Assembly: GCA_040876345.1 (NCBI GenBank)
Contig: JBBDPM010000006.1
Location: 328,547 to 392,546 of the forward strand
Length of the DNA stretch: 64,000 nucleotides
Direction: 5' to 3'
Source of the DNA: Candidatus Woykebacteria bacterium
Lineage (GTDB): Bacteria > Patescibacteriota > Microgenomatia > Woykebacterales > RBG-16-39-9b
Notes under the pieces: generated by a model
The model's database searches: none
Told to the model about the DNA's origin: nothing
The model's input: only the letters and a program-made list of their open reading frames with translations
Translations under genes and position numbers: made by a program
Part shown: positions 38,806 through 49,206 of the stretch, one piece after another
How positions within the stretch are numbered: the first letter of the stretch is position 1
How the letters are laid out: each line of letters starts with the position of its first letter

Positions 38806-40052
38806 CTAACTATTTCTTTAAACTTGGTAAATACCTCGTTAACTTTTAAGAAATCAGCTACTAAGTTAAATCTTGAGCGCAAGATCCTGGTAACCGTTCT
38901 TTTTCCGGCGTGGAGAAGAATCGCTTTTTTGTAAACTTCAACTAACCTCCCTGCCTGGACTTGGGCAGAAAATTTATTCTCGGCAAACTCTTTTCCTTTC
39001 TTCCCTAATTTTTTTCGAAATTCTTCGTCTTCTAAAAGAGCTCTCACCTTATTGGCAAAATCTTTTTTGTTAAATTTGGCCGAAAGTCCTGTTTTTCTAT
39101 CAACTACAACTCCTTCAAAAGCAGGGTCCTCAACCACTACTACTGGTAACTCAGCTAGCATTGCCTCCGGCACAGTCAGTCCTTGGGTCTCAGTTTTTGA
39201 TGCGAAAACAAAAATGTCACTGTCCCCATAAACCTTTGGTACGTCTTTTCTTTCGATAAAGCCCGTAAACAAAACTTTTTTAGAAAGATTTAGTCTTTTG
39301 ACTAAGTTTTCCAGGTGATCTCTTTCAGGACCATCACCAACTATTACCAAATAAACGCTCTCCTCTTCCTTCAAAAGCTTTGTTAAGGATTCAATTATAA
39401 AATCAACGCTTTTTTCCTTACCAAGCCTGCCCAAATAAAGAATGATTTTTTGATTCTTATCTAGCTTCAGTTTCGTTCTTAAGAAGCCCTTGCTTTGGCT
39501 TTTAAATCTTTCCAACTCAACTCCACCTGGAACCACCGAAATTTCCTTGGTAACGCCCCAAGACTCAAGCTCCTTTTTAACTCGTTCTGTAGGCACCACT
39601 ACTATTTCTCCCAAATTGCAAAAAATTCGGCTACCAACTTCCGCCATTTTCGGCCGAAACAGCGTCCCGTTTAAAAAATAATGGGTGTACCTGTTCAAAA
39701 GAGTTTGGTAGGTTATCACGCAAGGAACCCCTTTAAGTTGGGCTATTTCCCAACCTAAAAACCCAGCACTTCCTTGAGTTTGAACGTGAATAATATCAAT
39801 TTTTTCTCTAAAAAGGGCCCGCAGGGATTTTTCTGGAATTGGGACAATAAAACGCTGCTCCGGATTTTTAATAAACTTAACAGCTGGCAATCTAAGGATA
39901 TTTTGGTCCTTATCTTGGTAGCCGGGAACTTTTGGCGCCACCACCAAAACTTCATGACCTTTTCTTTCAAGCTGGGCTTTCGTAGTTTCAATATTTTCCG
40001 CCACCCCGTTTATTTGGGGCCAGTAAGTATCGGTGAAAAAAACAACTCTCAT
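38790..40052 (-). CDS. Glycosyltransferase family 4
   Basis: 420 aa. GT4 C-terminal E-x7-E-like block and GT-B architecture. Confidence 0.7.
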   Translation of the reverse strand: MRVVFFTDTYWPQINGVAENIETTKAQLERKGHEVLVVAPKVPGYQDKDQNILRLPAVKFIKNPEQRFIVPIPEKSLRALFREKIDIIHVQTQGSAGFLGWEIAQLKGVPCVITYQTLLNRYTHYFLNGTLFRPKMAEVGSRIFCNLGEIVVVPTERVKKELESWGVTKEISVVPGGVELERFKSQSKGFLRTKLKLDKNQKIILYLGRLGKEKSVDFIIESLTKLLKEEESVYLVIVGDGPERDHLENLVKRLNLSKKVLFTGFIERKDVPKVYGDSDIFVFASKTETQGLTVPEAMLAELPVVVVEDPAFEGVVVDRKTGLSAKFNKKDFANKVRALLEDEEFRKKLGKKGKEFAENKFSAQVQAGRLVEVYKKAILLHAGKRTVTRILRSRFNLVADFLKVNEVFTKFKEIVRWYRL

Positions 40053-40777
40053 CGCACGGCCTCGAAGCTTTCTGGATCCTTCTTGAGCAGGGTAAATCTA
40101 ATAATATTTTTAAAATGGTGCCAAAAGAATTTGATTCTAGATTTTTCCATCCTTCTTGCCGAAGTATAGACTTTTAATTCTGGCACATACAAAACTTTAC
40201 CCTCTTTTGAGGCTCGGATTCCTAAATCTACATCCTCGGCGGAGGCAAGTTTAAGATTAAACCCCCCAATTTTATCAAAAGTTTCTTTTTTGATAGCAAA
40301 ACTGAATCCGTTTAGAGCCGGCTTCCCCAACAAAAATTGAAGTTGCATAAAAAATGGGAAGCCGTATTTCGCCAAAGTCTTGTTGATCAACCCAGTCGAG
40401 TGAAACTCTGCACCGGCAGTAATTGCTGCCACTTTTGGGTCTTTAAAAGATTTTTCAATAATCGAGAGCCAGTTCGGAGCTACAATAGTATCAGAGTCGG
40501 TGCCCGCTATTATTTCTCCAAAGGCTGCCTGCCCTCCTGCCTGCCTTGAAACTGATACTCCCTGAACTTGGCAGCCGATCACGCGAGCGCCGTATTTTTC
40601 GGCAACCTTTACTGTACCATCAGTCGAATTATTATCAACTACAATAATCTCGTAATTATCGTTCGGATAATCCTGGCTACGGAGCGATTCCAAGCATTTC
40701 GGCAGATATTTTTCTTCGTTGAAAGCAGGTATCACGACTGATATGTGGGGGTGATGAGTTTTGAGTTCGGAGTTCAT
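40049..40777 (-). CDS. Glycosyltransferase family 2
   Basis: 242 aa. VVIPAFNEE motif and DxD-like TDSD. Confidence 0.75.
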   Translation of the reverse strand: MNSELKTHHPHISVVIPAFNEEKYLPKCLESLRSQDYPNDNYEIIVVDNNSTDGTVKVAEKYGARVIGCQVQGVSVSRQAGGQAAFGEIIAGTDSDTIVAPNWLSIIEKSFKDPKVAAITAGAEFHSTGLINKTLAKYGFPFFMQLQFLLGKPALNGFSFAIKKETFDKIGGFNLKLASAEDVDLGIRASKEGKVLYVPELKVYTSARRMEKSRIKFFWHHFKNIIRFTLLKKDPESFEAVR

Positions 40778-40799
40778 GGTTTTTGCTAATTATTCTCCG

Positions 40800-41633
40800 T
40801 CAATTGTTAACTTTTTGACAATTCGGGCAAAAGTGCGTTCCCCGGCCGCCAACGCGAATTTTTTTAATCGTAGTTTTGCAGCGTGGGCAAGGCTCGCCGT
40901 TAAGGCGGAAAACCTTAAGGTTTTTTGCGTGCCCACCCTTCTCTCCATGAACATCCAAATACTGATCGACACTAGTTCCTCTGTCTTCAATACCTTCTTT
41001 TAAAACGTAAAGAATGGAATTGTAGAGTTTTTTAAGTTCCTCTTCGGTTAATTTTTCGGCTCTTTTTTCGGGATGGATCTTGGCTCTCCAAAGCGCTTCA
41101 TCAGCATAGATATTCCCTACGCCGGAAATCTTTTTCTGATCCATTATGACAATTTTGATCGCTCTGGTGCCTTTATTAACAATTTGTTTGAACTTTTCAA
41201 AGGTAAATTCAGGTGTAAAAGGCTCGGGGCCAAATTCAGAGAGAAGTTTATCTAAGTCGCCCTTATCTTTGAGTAATTTCATAAAGCCGAACTTGCGAAG
41301 ATCGTTAAAACGAAGCTCATCACCTTTGTCGAGCTCCAAGATGATGTGGGTGAACCGGTCAGGCGGGTCAGTTTGCTTGCGAAGTAAAAGCTGACCAGAA
41401 AGCTTAAGGTGCATTGCAATCGTACTTCCGTGATCGTCCAAGTGCATAAGAAGCAGCTTTGCCCGGCGCTGAAAATCTTTTATTTTTTTACCTTTAATCG
41501 CTTTTTCAACTTCGGCTGGACTTGGCTTGATCATCTTGGGCCAATCATGGTATTTAAGCCGAATTATCTTTCGACCTTTTAGTTCCTTATTCAGGTCTCT
41601 TCTGATTGTCTCGACTTCAGGTAACTCTGGCAT
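40800..41633 (-). CDS. fpg: Formamidopyrimidine-DNA glycosylase
   Basis: N-terminal MPELPEVE. H2TH domain. C-terminal zinc finger CPRC...CPNC. Confidence 0.85.
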   Translation of the reverse strand: MPELPEVETIRRDLNKELKGRKIIRLKYHDWPKMIKPSPAEVEKAIKGKKIKDFQRRAKLLLMHLDDHGSTIAMHLKLSGQLLLRKQTDPPDRFTHIILELDKGDELRFNDLRKFGFMKLLKDKGDLDKLLSEFGPEPFTPEFTFEKFKQIVNKGTRAIKIVIMDQKKISGVGNIYADEALWRAKIHPEKRAEKLTEEELKKLYNSILYVLKEGIEDRGTSVDQYLDVHGEKGGHAKNLKVFRLNGEPCPRCKTTIKKIRVGGRGTHFCPNCQKVNN

Positions 41634-41649
41634 AATGTAAGTCTCAAAA

Positions 41650-41869
41650 TTACATGTAACTTTCTAAATCTTCTTTGCTCATATTAGCTTGCTCTAGAAT
41701 ACTTTGAAAAGTTCCCCAAGCAACTTCTTTATGGTTTGGAACTATTACTGTGAGCGTTTTGGCCGATGGTCTTACGCAGCTTTACATGAGACCCCTTCTG
41801 AGAAACTACAAGAAACCCTGCTCTTCGCAGGGTGTTAATGATTTTCCTGGCTGAATAAAGTCTCGGCAT
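41650..41869 (-). pseudogene. hicA: hicA toxin gene with frameshift
   Basis: MPRLYSARKIINTLRRAGFLVVSQKGSHVKLRK matches the HicA N-terminus. The C-terminal HicA block TVIVPNHKEVAWGTFQSILEQA is in a different frame. Confidence 0.5.
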
Positions 41870-41879
41870 TAGCTAATTG

Positions 41880-42128
41880 CTAGACGGTAACTTCCTCCAC
41901 CTCAACTTCTTTAATTTCTGGAACCGCGTCTTGATGATCTTCGAGGTAAAGGTCTAACGCTTCTTTAAGGTTTTTAACGGCTTCGTCATGACTCTCACCT
42001 TGCGAAGCCACGTTAATCTCTAGACAACGAGCCACATACAAACTAGCTTCTTTCCAAACGATGCTATGGAAGGTGGTAGTTTTCATAACATCCCAATAAT
42101 ATACATTTGCCTTTAAGTTTTCAACCAC
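41880..42128 (-). CDS. hicB: HicB-family antitoxin (UPF0150)
   Basis: 82 aa. YVARCLEINVASQGESHDEAVKNLKEALDLYLE fits the HicB N-domain consensus. Confidence 0.6.
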   Translation of the reverse strand: MVENLKANVYYWDVMKTTTFHSIVWKEASLYVARCLEINVASQGESHDEAVKNLKEALDLYLEDHQDAVPEIKEVEVEEVTV

Positions 42129-42189
42129 AAAATGAAAGTCCCGCGATCCGTCTACAAGACGAGAACGCCGACTTACCTAGGGTTTTAGC

Positions 42190-43023
42190 TCAGAACAGCG
42201 AAAGCTGTTCTCTAGGTTGGCAGGTTGGGCAAAAGTGAGTTCGGCGGCCGGCTATTTCGGTGTATTCAATATGAGTTGCGCATTTTTTGCAAGGTTTGCC
42301 GCCTCTTCCGTAAACTAATAAGTGGAACTGATGAGTACCTGGTTTACCGTCAGTATCAAGGTAAGAATCTATTGTGGTACCACGATGTTTTATACCTTCC
42401 TCTAAAGCTTTTTTTATTGATTCGAGTAATCGTGTTGTCTCGTTGAGACTTAAAGCTCTTGGGGAACGAAACGGGTTAATTCCCGCTAAATACAGGGACT
42501 CATCAACGTAGATATTACCCACACCAGCGATAATTTTTTGATCAAGCAGAGTTTCCTTTACTGTTTCTTTACTACTTCGACTTACAAGATCGTAAAATGC
42601 TTTGTTTTGAACTTCAAACGGGTCGGGGCCCAGATTTTGATTAACATCGTCGAAATTTTCCGCAAGAACCACATCACCAAACCCATTTCTATCCGTGAAT
42701 CGTATCTGCCGACCATCATCTATCTTCACAATCAATCGCGTAAATTCATCTGGTGGATGGGAAGCGGCTCGAACCAGAATCCTGCCAGTTAGTTTTAAGT
42801 GAAAAATCAGCTTTTTCCCACCGGAAAGATTCAAGATAAGGTACTTTGCCCTCCGCTCCACTCCCTCAATTCTCTTACCAGGGATAATATCCGTCAAATC
42901 TTGCCCAGATTTACTGATCAACTTTTGACCCTCAGAAGTATAATAGACCTCGACTATCTGAGCACCGACAACCTTCTTCTTAAGGTCTTCAGCTATCGTA
43001 TGGACTTCAGGAAGCTCCGGCAT
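42190..43023 (-). CDS. Fpg/Nei-family DNA glycosylase (second paralog)
   Basis: 277 aa. MPELPEVHT start. C-terminal CKKC...CPTC zinc finger. Confidence 0.8.
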   Translation of the reverse strand: MPELPEVHTIAEDLKKKVVGAQIVEVYYTSEGQKLISKSGQDLTDIIPGKRIEGVERRAKYLILNLSGGKKLIFHLKLTGRILVRAASHPPDEFTRLIVKIDDGRQIRFTDRNGFGDVVLAENFDDVNQNLGPDPFEVQNKAFYDLVSRSSKETVKETLLDQKIIAGVGNIYVDESLYLAGINPFRSPRALSLNETTRLLESIKKALEEGIKHRGTTIDSYLDTDGKPGTHQFHLLVYGRGGKPCKKCATHIEYTEIAGRRTHFCPTCQPREQLSLF

Positions 43024-43127
43024 GAAATTACTTTAAATAAAAACTGTTACAAACGCAAACCGGCCGGTGGATCAAGCATGACGCTAGATCATCACCGACC
43101 GGCGTTGACAGGTGAGCGGGTTGTAGC

Positions 43128-43622
43128 TTACTTAGGCTGCCGACTGTACCCGTAATTGACTCGGCAGGGGTGCTCGTCTGCCATAGCATTCGCCCTGTAG
43201 GTCTCCTTCATCTGGAACCCGAGGTCATTTGCCGCTTTCCAAGCCCCCCAGAAACGGCCCTTGTAATAGGCTGTTGTCGAATTCCACACCTGTTGGTCAC
43301 CGCTGCGACGGGCCGCCTCTTGGCGCTGGAATGCCAAATCAAGATCTCGGGCTAGCCTTCGGAGTCGATTGTCCACCATCTCCTGAGCCGTCCACATCAG
43401 CATCCCTTCGTCGACGGTGCGACAATCCTTGGGCCAGAAATCCAAGGCGCTGTAGAAAACCCTCCTCCGCCTTTCTGGGAATGGCCAGATGTAATCCCAA
43501 ATCTCCTCTCGATCTGTACCGGGAAGGCTCCAGATCAAATTTGGGACAATAAGCTTGCCCCAAATTAAGAGGGTGAGGGATGCACATCCGAACGTGGCTA
43601 TTATAATATCACTAGTATCCAT
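43128..43622 (-). CDS. Hypothetical membrane-anchored protein in high-GC islet
   Basis: 164 aa. AAGGAG Shine-Dalgarno. N-terminal TM helix. GC well above flanks. Confidence 0.4.
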   Translation of the reverse strand: MDTSDIIIATFGCASLTLLIWGKLIVPNLIWSLPGTDREEIWDYIWPFPERRRRVFYSALDFWPKDCRTVDEGMLMWTAQEMVDNRLRRLARDLDLAFQRQEAARRSGDQQVWNSTTAYYKGRFWGAWKAANDLGFQMKETYRANAMADEHPCRVNYGYSRQPK

Positions 43623-43762
43623 GTCCTCTCCTTTTACACTTCGGGTGCTTCCCGAAGGCTACCGGTGCTTCCGGTTCGAGGTTAAACACGTAACGTCCCC
43701 CTAACGTTCCGCGGACATAAATATTAGCGCACTTAAATATGAAAGTCAACTACTATAAGATA

Positions 43763-45931
43763 TTAATGGGGCTTTTTCATACTCCCCCAATTCTTACCAA
43801 CCTTCACCTCAACAACCAGGGGGACTGAAAGTGGAAACGAGTTCTCCATAATTTCTTTAACGATCGGGGCAATTTTTTTCAATTCATTTTCCGGAACTTC
43901 GAATACTAACTCATCATGAACCTGCAAAATCATCTTTGTCTTGCTATTTGTTACTCGCAACTTGTTACTGATCTCAACCATCGCGGTTTTGATAATGTCA
44001 GCGGCTGTTCCTTGAATTGGGGAATTGACAGCGATCCGCTCACCCGCCTTACGTACTGTTTGGTTACTGCTACGAAGCTCCAGTACATACCTCTTAAAGC
44101 CCCCCAAAGTCTCTACGTACCCTTTTTCGTACGCAACACGTAGAATACTACCTGCCCAAGCTTCCACAGCTGGGAAACGGGCAAAATAGCGCTCAATTAT
44201 CTCTTTGGCTTCGGAGGGGTGGATTTTCAGTTGCTGGGCAAGACCAAAAGGCGAAATTCCGTACATAATGCCGAAGTTGATGATTTTGGCAATTCTTCGA
44301 TCTTCGCGTGTAACTTCCTCTGGTTTTTTTCCTAAAACCGCGACTGCCGCCTCAGTATGTATATCCTCGCCTTGCTCAAATATCCTTTTAAGCTCCTTAT
44401 CACCGCTTATATGCGCCATCACCCGAATCTCAATCTGGTTATAATCGGCAGACAGTAATATTGATCCTTTGGGCGCGATAAAAGCAGATCGCACTTTTTC
44501 ACCCCAATCACCTCTGGCTGGAATATTTTGGAGATTTGGATTTTTAGATGATAAGCGCCCAGTCCGTGTGGTATCAGCATGATAAGTCGTGTGAATGCGA
44601 CCGTCCGAACCTATTTGGGCTGGGAGGGCGTCGATATAGGTTGATTTCAATTTAAAAAGCTCCCTATATTTCATAATTAATTCGATGGCTGGGTGCGCAC
44701 CAATCAAGGTCGACAAAGTAGCCTCATCGGTAGACTTATGAGTTTTGATACGGGTCGATCGTTCCGGTATAAGATTAAGTTCGTCATAAAGCACACCGGA
44801 GAGTTGTTTTGGAGAATTTAAATTAAATTCGTGACCAACTTTCTTATAAATCTCTTTTTCCAACTTTGAAAGTTCACCGTTAACCTCGTTAGACAAATCC
44901 TCAAGTTTTGCCCTGTCCATCAAAACCCCTGTCTCCTCCATTTTCCGAAGAACTTTGTCCAACTCATCATTCGTGCCCGTCTTCTCTTCCTTATCTTTGT
45001 CGAAAAGCCCAACTTGATTATCGTCCTGGATTTCGGGCTTCGAGTTTCGAGTTTTATTATCCATCCCCGGCAATTTGTTTATTAGTGATCTAAACTCAAG
45101 CTCTTCAAAAAGCTTTAAAGTCTCGTTTTTATCGTAGTCATGCAAGACACATTTTTTTAAGTCTAATTCTATCGGAGTATTCACATCAATTGTGGCTAGC
45201 TTTTTAGACATAACCGCCGACTCTGCATCGGCCGCAAGAAGTTTACGTAATTTCTCCGGAACCTTGTCTAGATTTTTGTAAATCTCTTCAACTGTGCCGA
45301 ATTCTTTGATCAACTTTGTTGCACCCACGTCGCCTATCCCCCGAACTCCTGGAATATTGTCTGATTGATCCCCGGCTAAAGCCTTGATATCAATAATCTT
45401 TTCTGGCTCCACGCCGTATTTCTCTTTGATAATTTTTTCATCGTAATAGACTACATCTGAAAAACTTTTTCCAGGCGTGTAAATCTTCACTCTGGGACGA
45501 GCAAGCTGAAAGCTATCCCTGTCACCAGTAACGATAATAACTTCAAGGTCTGGCGCTCCATTTTCGGTGGCTTGCTTAACAAGAGTGCCGATTATGTCAT
45601 CGGCTTCGTAACCGGAAAGCTCAAAAACTGGAATATTTAGAACGCTGAGAACCTCTTTAACTCGAGGCATTTGCTCATGCATCTCCTCGGGAGCAGCCGC
45701 TCTCTGGGCTTTATATCCAGTGTATTCAGTGTGGCGAAAAGTGGCATCGGCAGTATCAAAAGTACAGGCGATATATTCTGGCTTAATATCGGCAATTGCG
45801 CGCAGCAGCATGCTTGTGAAACCAAAAACAGCGTTTACAAGTTCGCCTTTCGAAGTAGTTAAAGGCGGCATCGCGTGATATGCCCGGTGAAAAACTGCGT
45901 GGCCATCAATAAGGACTAGCTTCTTAGACAT
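43763..45931 (-). CDS. polA: DNA polymerase I (5-prime nuclease plus polymerase; 3-prime-5-prime exonuclease domain apparently absent)
   Basis: 722 aa. N-terminal 5-prime-3-prime exonuclease (LIDGHAVFHRAYHA, GDQSDNIPGV). Pol A motifs (RRIAKIINFGIMYG, QVHDELVFE). Confidence 0.85.
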   Translation of the reverse strand: MSKKLVLIDGHAVFHRAYHAMPPLTTSKGELVNAVFGFTSMLLRAIADIKPEYIACTFDTADATFRHTEYTGYKAQRAAAPEEMHEQMPRVKEVLSVLNIPVFELSGYEADDIIGTLVKQATENGAPDLEVIIVTGDRDSFQLARPRVKIYTPGKSFSDVVYYDEKIIKEKYGVEPEKIIDIKALAGDQSDNIPGVRGIGDVGATKLIKEFGTVEEIYKNLDKVPEKLRKLLAADAESAVMSKKLATIDVNTPIELDLKKCVLHDYDKNETLKLFEELEFRSLINKLPGMDNKTRNSKPEIQDDNQVGLFDKDKEEKTGTNDELDKVLRKMEETGVLMDRAKLEDLSNEVNGELSKLEKEIYKKVGHEFNLNSPKQLSGVLYDELNLIPERSTRIKTHKSTDEATLSTLIGAHPAIELIMKYRELFKLKSTYIDALPAQIGSDGRIHTTYHADTTRTGRLSSKNPNLQNIPARGDWGEKVRSAFIAPKGSILLSADYNQIEIRVMAHISGDKELKRIFEQGEDIHTEAAVAVLGKKPEEVTREDRRIAKIINFGIMYGISPFGLAQQLKIHPSEAKEIIERYFARFPAVEAWAGSILRVAYEKGYVETLGGFKRYVLELRSSNQTVRKAGERIAVNSPIQGTAADIIKTAMVEISNKLRVTNSKTKMILQVHDELVFEVPENELKKIAPIVKEIMENSFPLSVPLVVEVKVGKNWGSMKKPH

Positions 45932-46055
45932 GGGCTTATTTTACCACCATAAACTTCTCGTTCAAATCTTGACTTTAGCTTTTTCTAGGAGTACGTTTGG
46001 AGCAATGGAGAGGGGCAAACGCACCTTTCAATTCGTAATCCGATGGAGGGTAGAT

Positions 46056-46944
46056 CATGGAAACTCGAATAGGCGACTTCCTGCTTTTTCTCCAGACAGA
46101 AAGAGAAGCCTCGGAGAACACGATCGCCGCCTACGATAACGACCTGCGTCAATTCTACTCTTTCCTTTCCTAAAGTGGACTGGTGGACAACGCTGCGGGC
46201 TGGGAGTGTGTCAGTCAAGACACAATCCTGTCATTCATCGTGGAACTGCGCAACAAACTCTGCGCCGACGCCACTGTCTCCCGCAAGTTCTCAGCCGTGA
46301 GGTCGTTCCTCCAGTTCCTCCACACCGAGGGTGATATTCCTCTGAATCCCACGGAGGGTTTGGAGCCGCCTCGCGTCGGTAAGTCATTGCCCAAGCCGCT
46401 CACCGTCCAGCAAATGGATGATCTCCTTGAGCAGCCAGCTAAGCGGGCCACGCCAGAGGCGTTGCGCGACGGAGCGATGCTGGAACTAACCTGCGCCACC
46501 GGTCTACGCATCAGTGAGCTCGTCTCGCTCGACGTTGACAAAGTCTCACTAGACTCGCACAACCCCTACGTTCGTTGCATAGGCAAGGGGTCGAAGGAAC
46601 GCCTTATCCCGATCCACGCTCGAGCGCTACAGGCCGTGGCGGCCTATATTGATGGAGGCCGGCCTCGTCTGTTGAAGGTCAGGCGCAGCAATACTGCGCT
46701 CTTCCTGAACCGCCGCGGCGACCGACTGACGCGCCAGGGATTCTGGCTGCTCTTGAAGCAGTACGCCCGCGCCGCCCACATAGACGAGGAGCAGGTATCG
46801 GCCAGAATTTTGCGGCACAGCTTCGCCACCAATATGCTGAGAGGCGGCGCGCCCCTGCCCACCGTCCAAGAGCGACTGGGTCATGCCCAACTGTCTACTA
46901 CTCAGATCTACACCCAGGTGGCAACTGCTAAGGGAGGCAGATAA
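46056..46944 (+). pseudogene. XerC/XerD-like tyrosine recombinase with frameshift and in-frame stop near the 5-prime end
   Basis: Frame 0 METRIGDFLLFLQTERAEASENTIAAYDN, then a +1 shift near 46140 (DLRQFYSFLS), a TAA at 46171-46173, then an intact C-terminal catalytic domain (R..HxxR..Y: RHSFAT...TQIYTQV). High GC. Confidence 0.6.
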
Positions 46945-47229
46945 TGGGGATCGGATGGGAGTTCTTGGGGTCCAGAAGAGTACCTCTTAGTCCACCGAGC
47001 TGTAGCTTCTGAGCAGCGGCTATACGGATTCCTGAATTGCGCGAGCGGTTCAGCACCAACGAGGCTAGGCGGCGGTTTGTTCAAGATACGCTAGCCCGCG
47101 CACCAACGGACTGGAGAAAGAACGGCATCCCAGTCGTCCACATGGTGTTCGGCAAGGTGTAGAAGGACAAGTTCGCCAACAAACCACCATAGACCCTCTC
47201 TCACCGGAGGGTCTTAACCTTTTGAAAGG

Positions 47230-49191
47230 CTAGCTTTTTACTTTGCCTTCGGTCGGCTCGGTATTGACTTTAATTTCTGGGGATTCGTGAGGCTCTCTCA
47301 TTTTTTCTTTCACCTGATGAAGCTTTTCTCCGCGAGTTACGATTTCTTCAAACTCATCCCCTTCCAAAGTTTCTTTTTGGATTAATTCTTTCGCCACCAG
47401 ATCTAGCTTCTCTTTATTTTCGCGGATGATTTTTTTTGCCCGCTCAAAGCATTCATCAATTATCCTCTTAATTTCATCATCCACTTTAGCGGCGAGATGC
47501 TCAGAAAGTGGCTTTGGATCGCCAATCTCTCTTGCAATCCAGGGGTTTTCACCGTGCACTCCAGTAGTCAATGGCCCAATAGCACTCATACCAAACTCGG
47601 TAACCATCTTTCTGGCTATATCGGTGGCTCTTTGGATATCAGAGCTTGCCCCAACCGTAAACTCATTAAATTCGATTTCCTCGGCCCCCCGGCCGCCAAG
47701 AAGAGAAGTGATCGTCTCCAGAAGCCGAGTTTTGGTCTCGTTATATCTGTCTTGAGAGGGTGGAATTAGAGTGTGACCGCCGGTACCGCCACGAGCCACG
47801 ATTGATATACGGTGAACTGGGTCCATGTTAGGCAGAATTTTCGTGACAAGAGCGTGCCCTGCTTCATGATAAGCAGTGATTCTTTTTTCTTCTTCAGAAG
47901 TCATTCTTTTTTTCTCTGGCCCCAGTTGAACTTTAAGAGCTGCTTCCTCGATGTCTTTATTGTTTATTTCCTTTTTACCATCTCTTGCCGCAATAATCGC
48001 CGACTCGTTTAGCATGTTTTCCAAATCTGCACCGGAAAATCCAACTGTTCTTCGAGCAATTTTTTCAAGATCCACATCAGAACCCAAAGGTTTATTACGG
48101 GAATGGATTTTAACTATCGCTTTTCTTCCTTCAATGTCAGGAAGGTCCAGGGCAACTCTTCTATCAAACCGGCCAGGCCGAACTAAAGCGGGATCTAGCA
48201 TGTCCGGGCGGTTAGTTGCCGCCATCACAATTATATTAGTATTAGTTTCAAACCCGTCCATCTCGACTAAAATCTGATTTAGAGTTTGCTCCCGCTCATC
48301 ATGACCGCCGCCAATACCCAAACCGCGCTGCCTACCAATAGAGTCAACTTCATCAATAAAAATTATTGAGGGGGCGGCTTTTTTTGCTGTATCGAACATA
48401 TCTCTTACTCTTGATGCACCAACCCCAACTAGCATCTCCATAAACTCACTTCCTGCAATCGAGAAAAAAGGCACTCCAGCCTCTCCTGCGACTGCTCTGG
48501 CCAGTAAAGTTTTCCCAACACCAGACGGTCCAACCAACAACACCCCTTTTGGAATCTTAGCCCCTAAACTGCGGTACTTCTCTGGCTTCTTGAGAAAATC
48601 AACTACTTCAGAAAGCTCTTGTTTAGCCTCGTCAACACCAGCAACGTCAGGAAACTTTGTAGCTGGATTATCCTTATTAAATTGTCTTGCCCGACTTCGG
48701 GAAAAAGATAGAATATTGTCTCCGGCATTACGAGCCTGCCTTAGGAAAAAGAAGAAAAACCCGGCCAGCAAAATTATTGGCAGGAAGACATTTAAAAGGC
48801 CTAAAATTGTGTCTCTCGTAGAAGTATCTTTAGGTGAGACCTTCACTTTAGTGATATCAATATCAGCTGCTTTCAGCGTTTCGTTGAAAATTTCACCCTC
48901 CTGCAGACGAGATTTAATGGTAGTACCATCTTTCAGTTTTGCTTCTACACTCTGGCCATCGATTGTTACCGATTCTACTTTATCGTCTTTGATTTGGATT
49001 AGAACTTCATTAAGTGGCTTCGCTTCTCCACTGCTATTTGGCTGAAGAAAACCAAAAATAATAAGTGTGGCTGCAAGTATAAGTATAATGTAGAAGATTG
49101 GGCTTTGAAAAAACCCTCTCCCTGGTTTTTTTAACTTTGGTGCTTCAGGCATGCTGCGGGGAATTATACCAGATGAGTTAATACCATTCAA
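47230..49191 (-). CDS. ftsH: ATP-dependent zinc metalloprotease FtsH
   Basis: Two N-terminal TM helices. AAA Walker A GPSGVGKT. Zn motif HEAGHAL. Confidence 0.9.
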   Translation of the reverse strand: MNGINSSGIIPRSMPEAPKLKKPGRGFFQSPIFYIILILAATLIIFGFLQPNSSGEAKPLNEVLIQIKDDKVESVTIDGQSVEAKLKDGTTIKSRLQEGEIFNETLKAADIDITKVKVSPKDTSTRDTILGLLNVFLPIILLAGFFFFFLRQARNAGDNILSFSRSRARQFNKDNPATKFPDVAGVDEAKQELSEVVDFLKKPEKYRSLGAKIPKGVLLVGPSGVGKTLLARAVAGEAGVPFFSIAGSEFMEMLVGVGASRVRDMFDTAKKAAPSIIFIDEVDSIGRQRGLGIGGGHDEREQTLNQILVEMDGFETNTNIIVMAATNRPDMLDPALVRPGRFDRRVALDLPDIEGRKAIVKIHSRNKPLGSDVDLEKIARRTVGFSGADLENMLNESAIIAARDGKKEINNKDIEEAALKVQLGPEKKRMTSEEEKRITAYHEAGHALVTKILPNMDPVHRISIVARGGTGGHTLIPPSQDRYNETKTRLLETITSLLGGRGAEEIEFNEFTVGASSDIQRATDIARKMVTEFGMSAIGPLTTGVHGENPWIAREIGDPKPLSEHLAAKVDDEIKRIIDECFERAKKIIRENKEKLDLVAKELIQKETLEGDEFEEIVTRGEKLHQVKEKMREPHESPEIKVNTEPTEGKVKS

Positions 49192-49206
49192 TGATGACTA
49201 AAGAGC

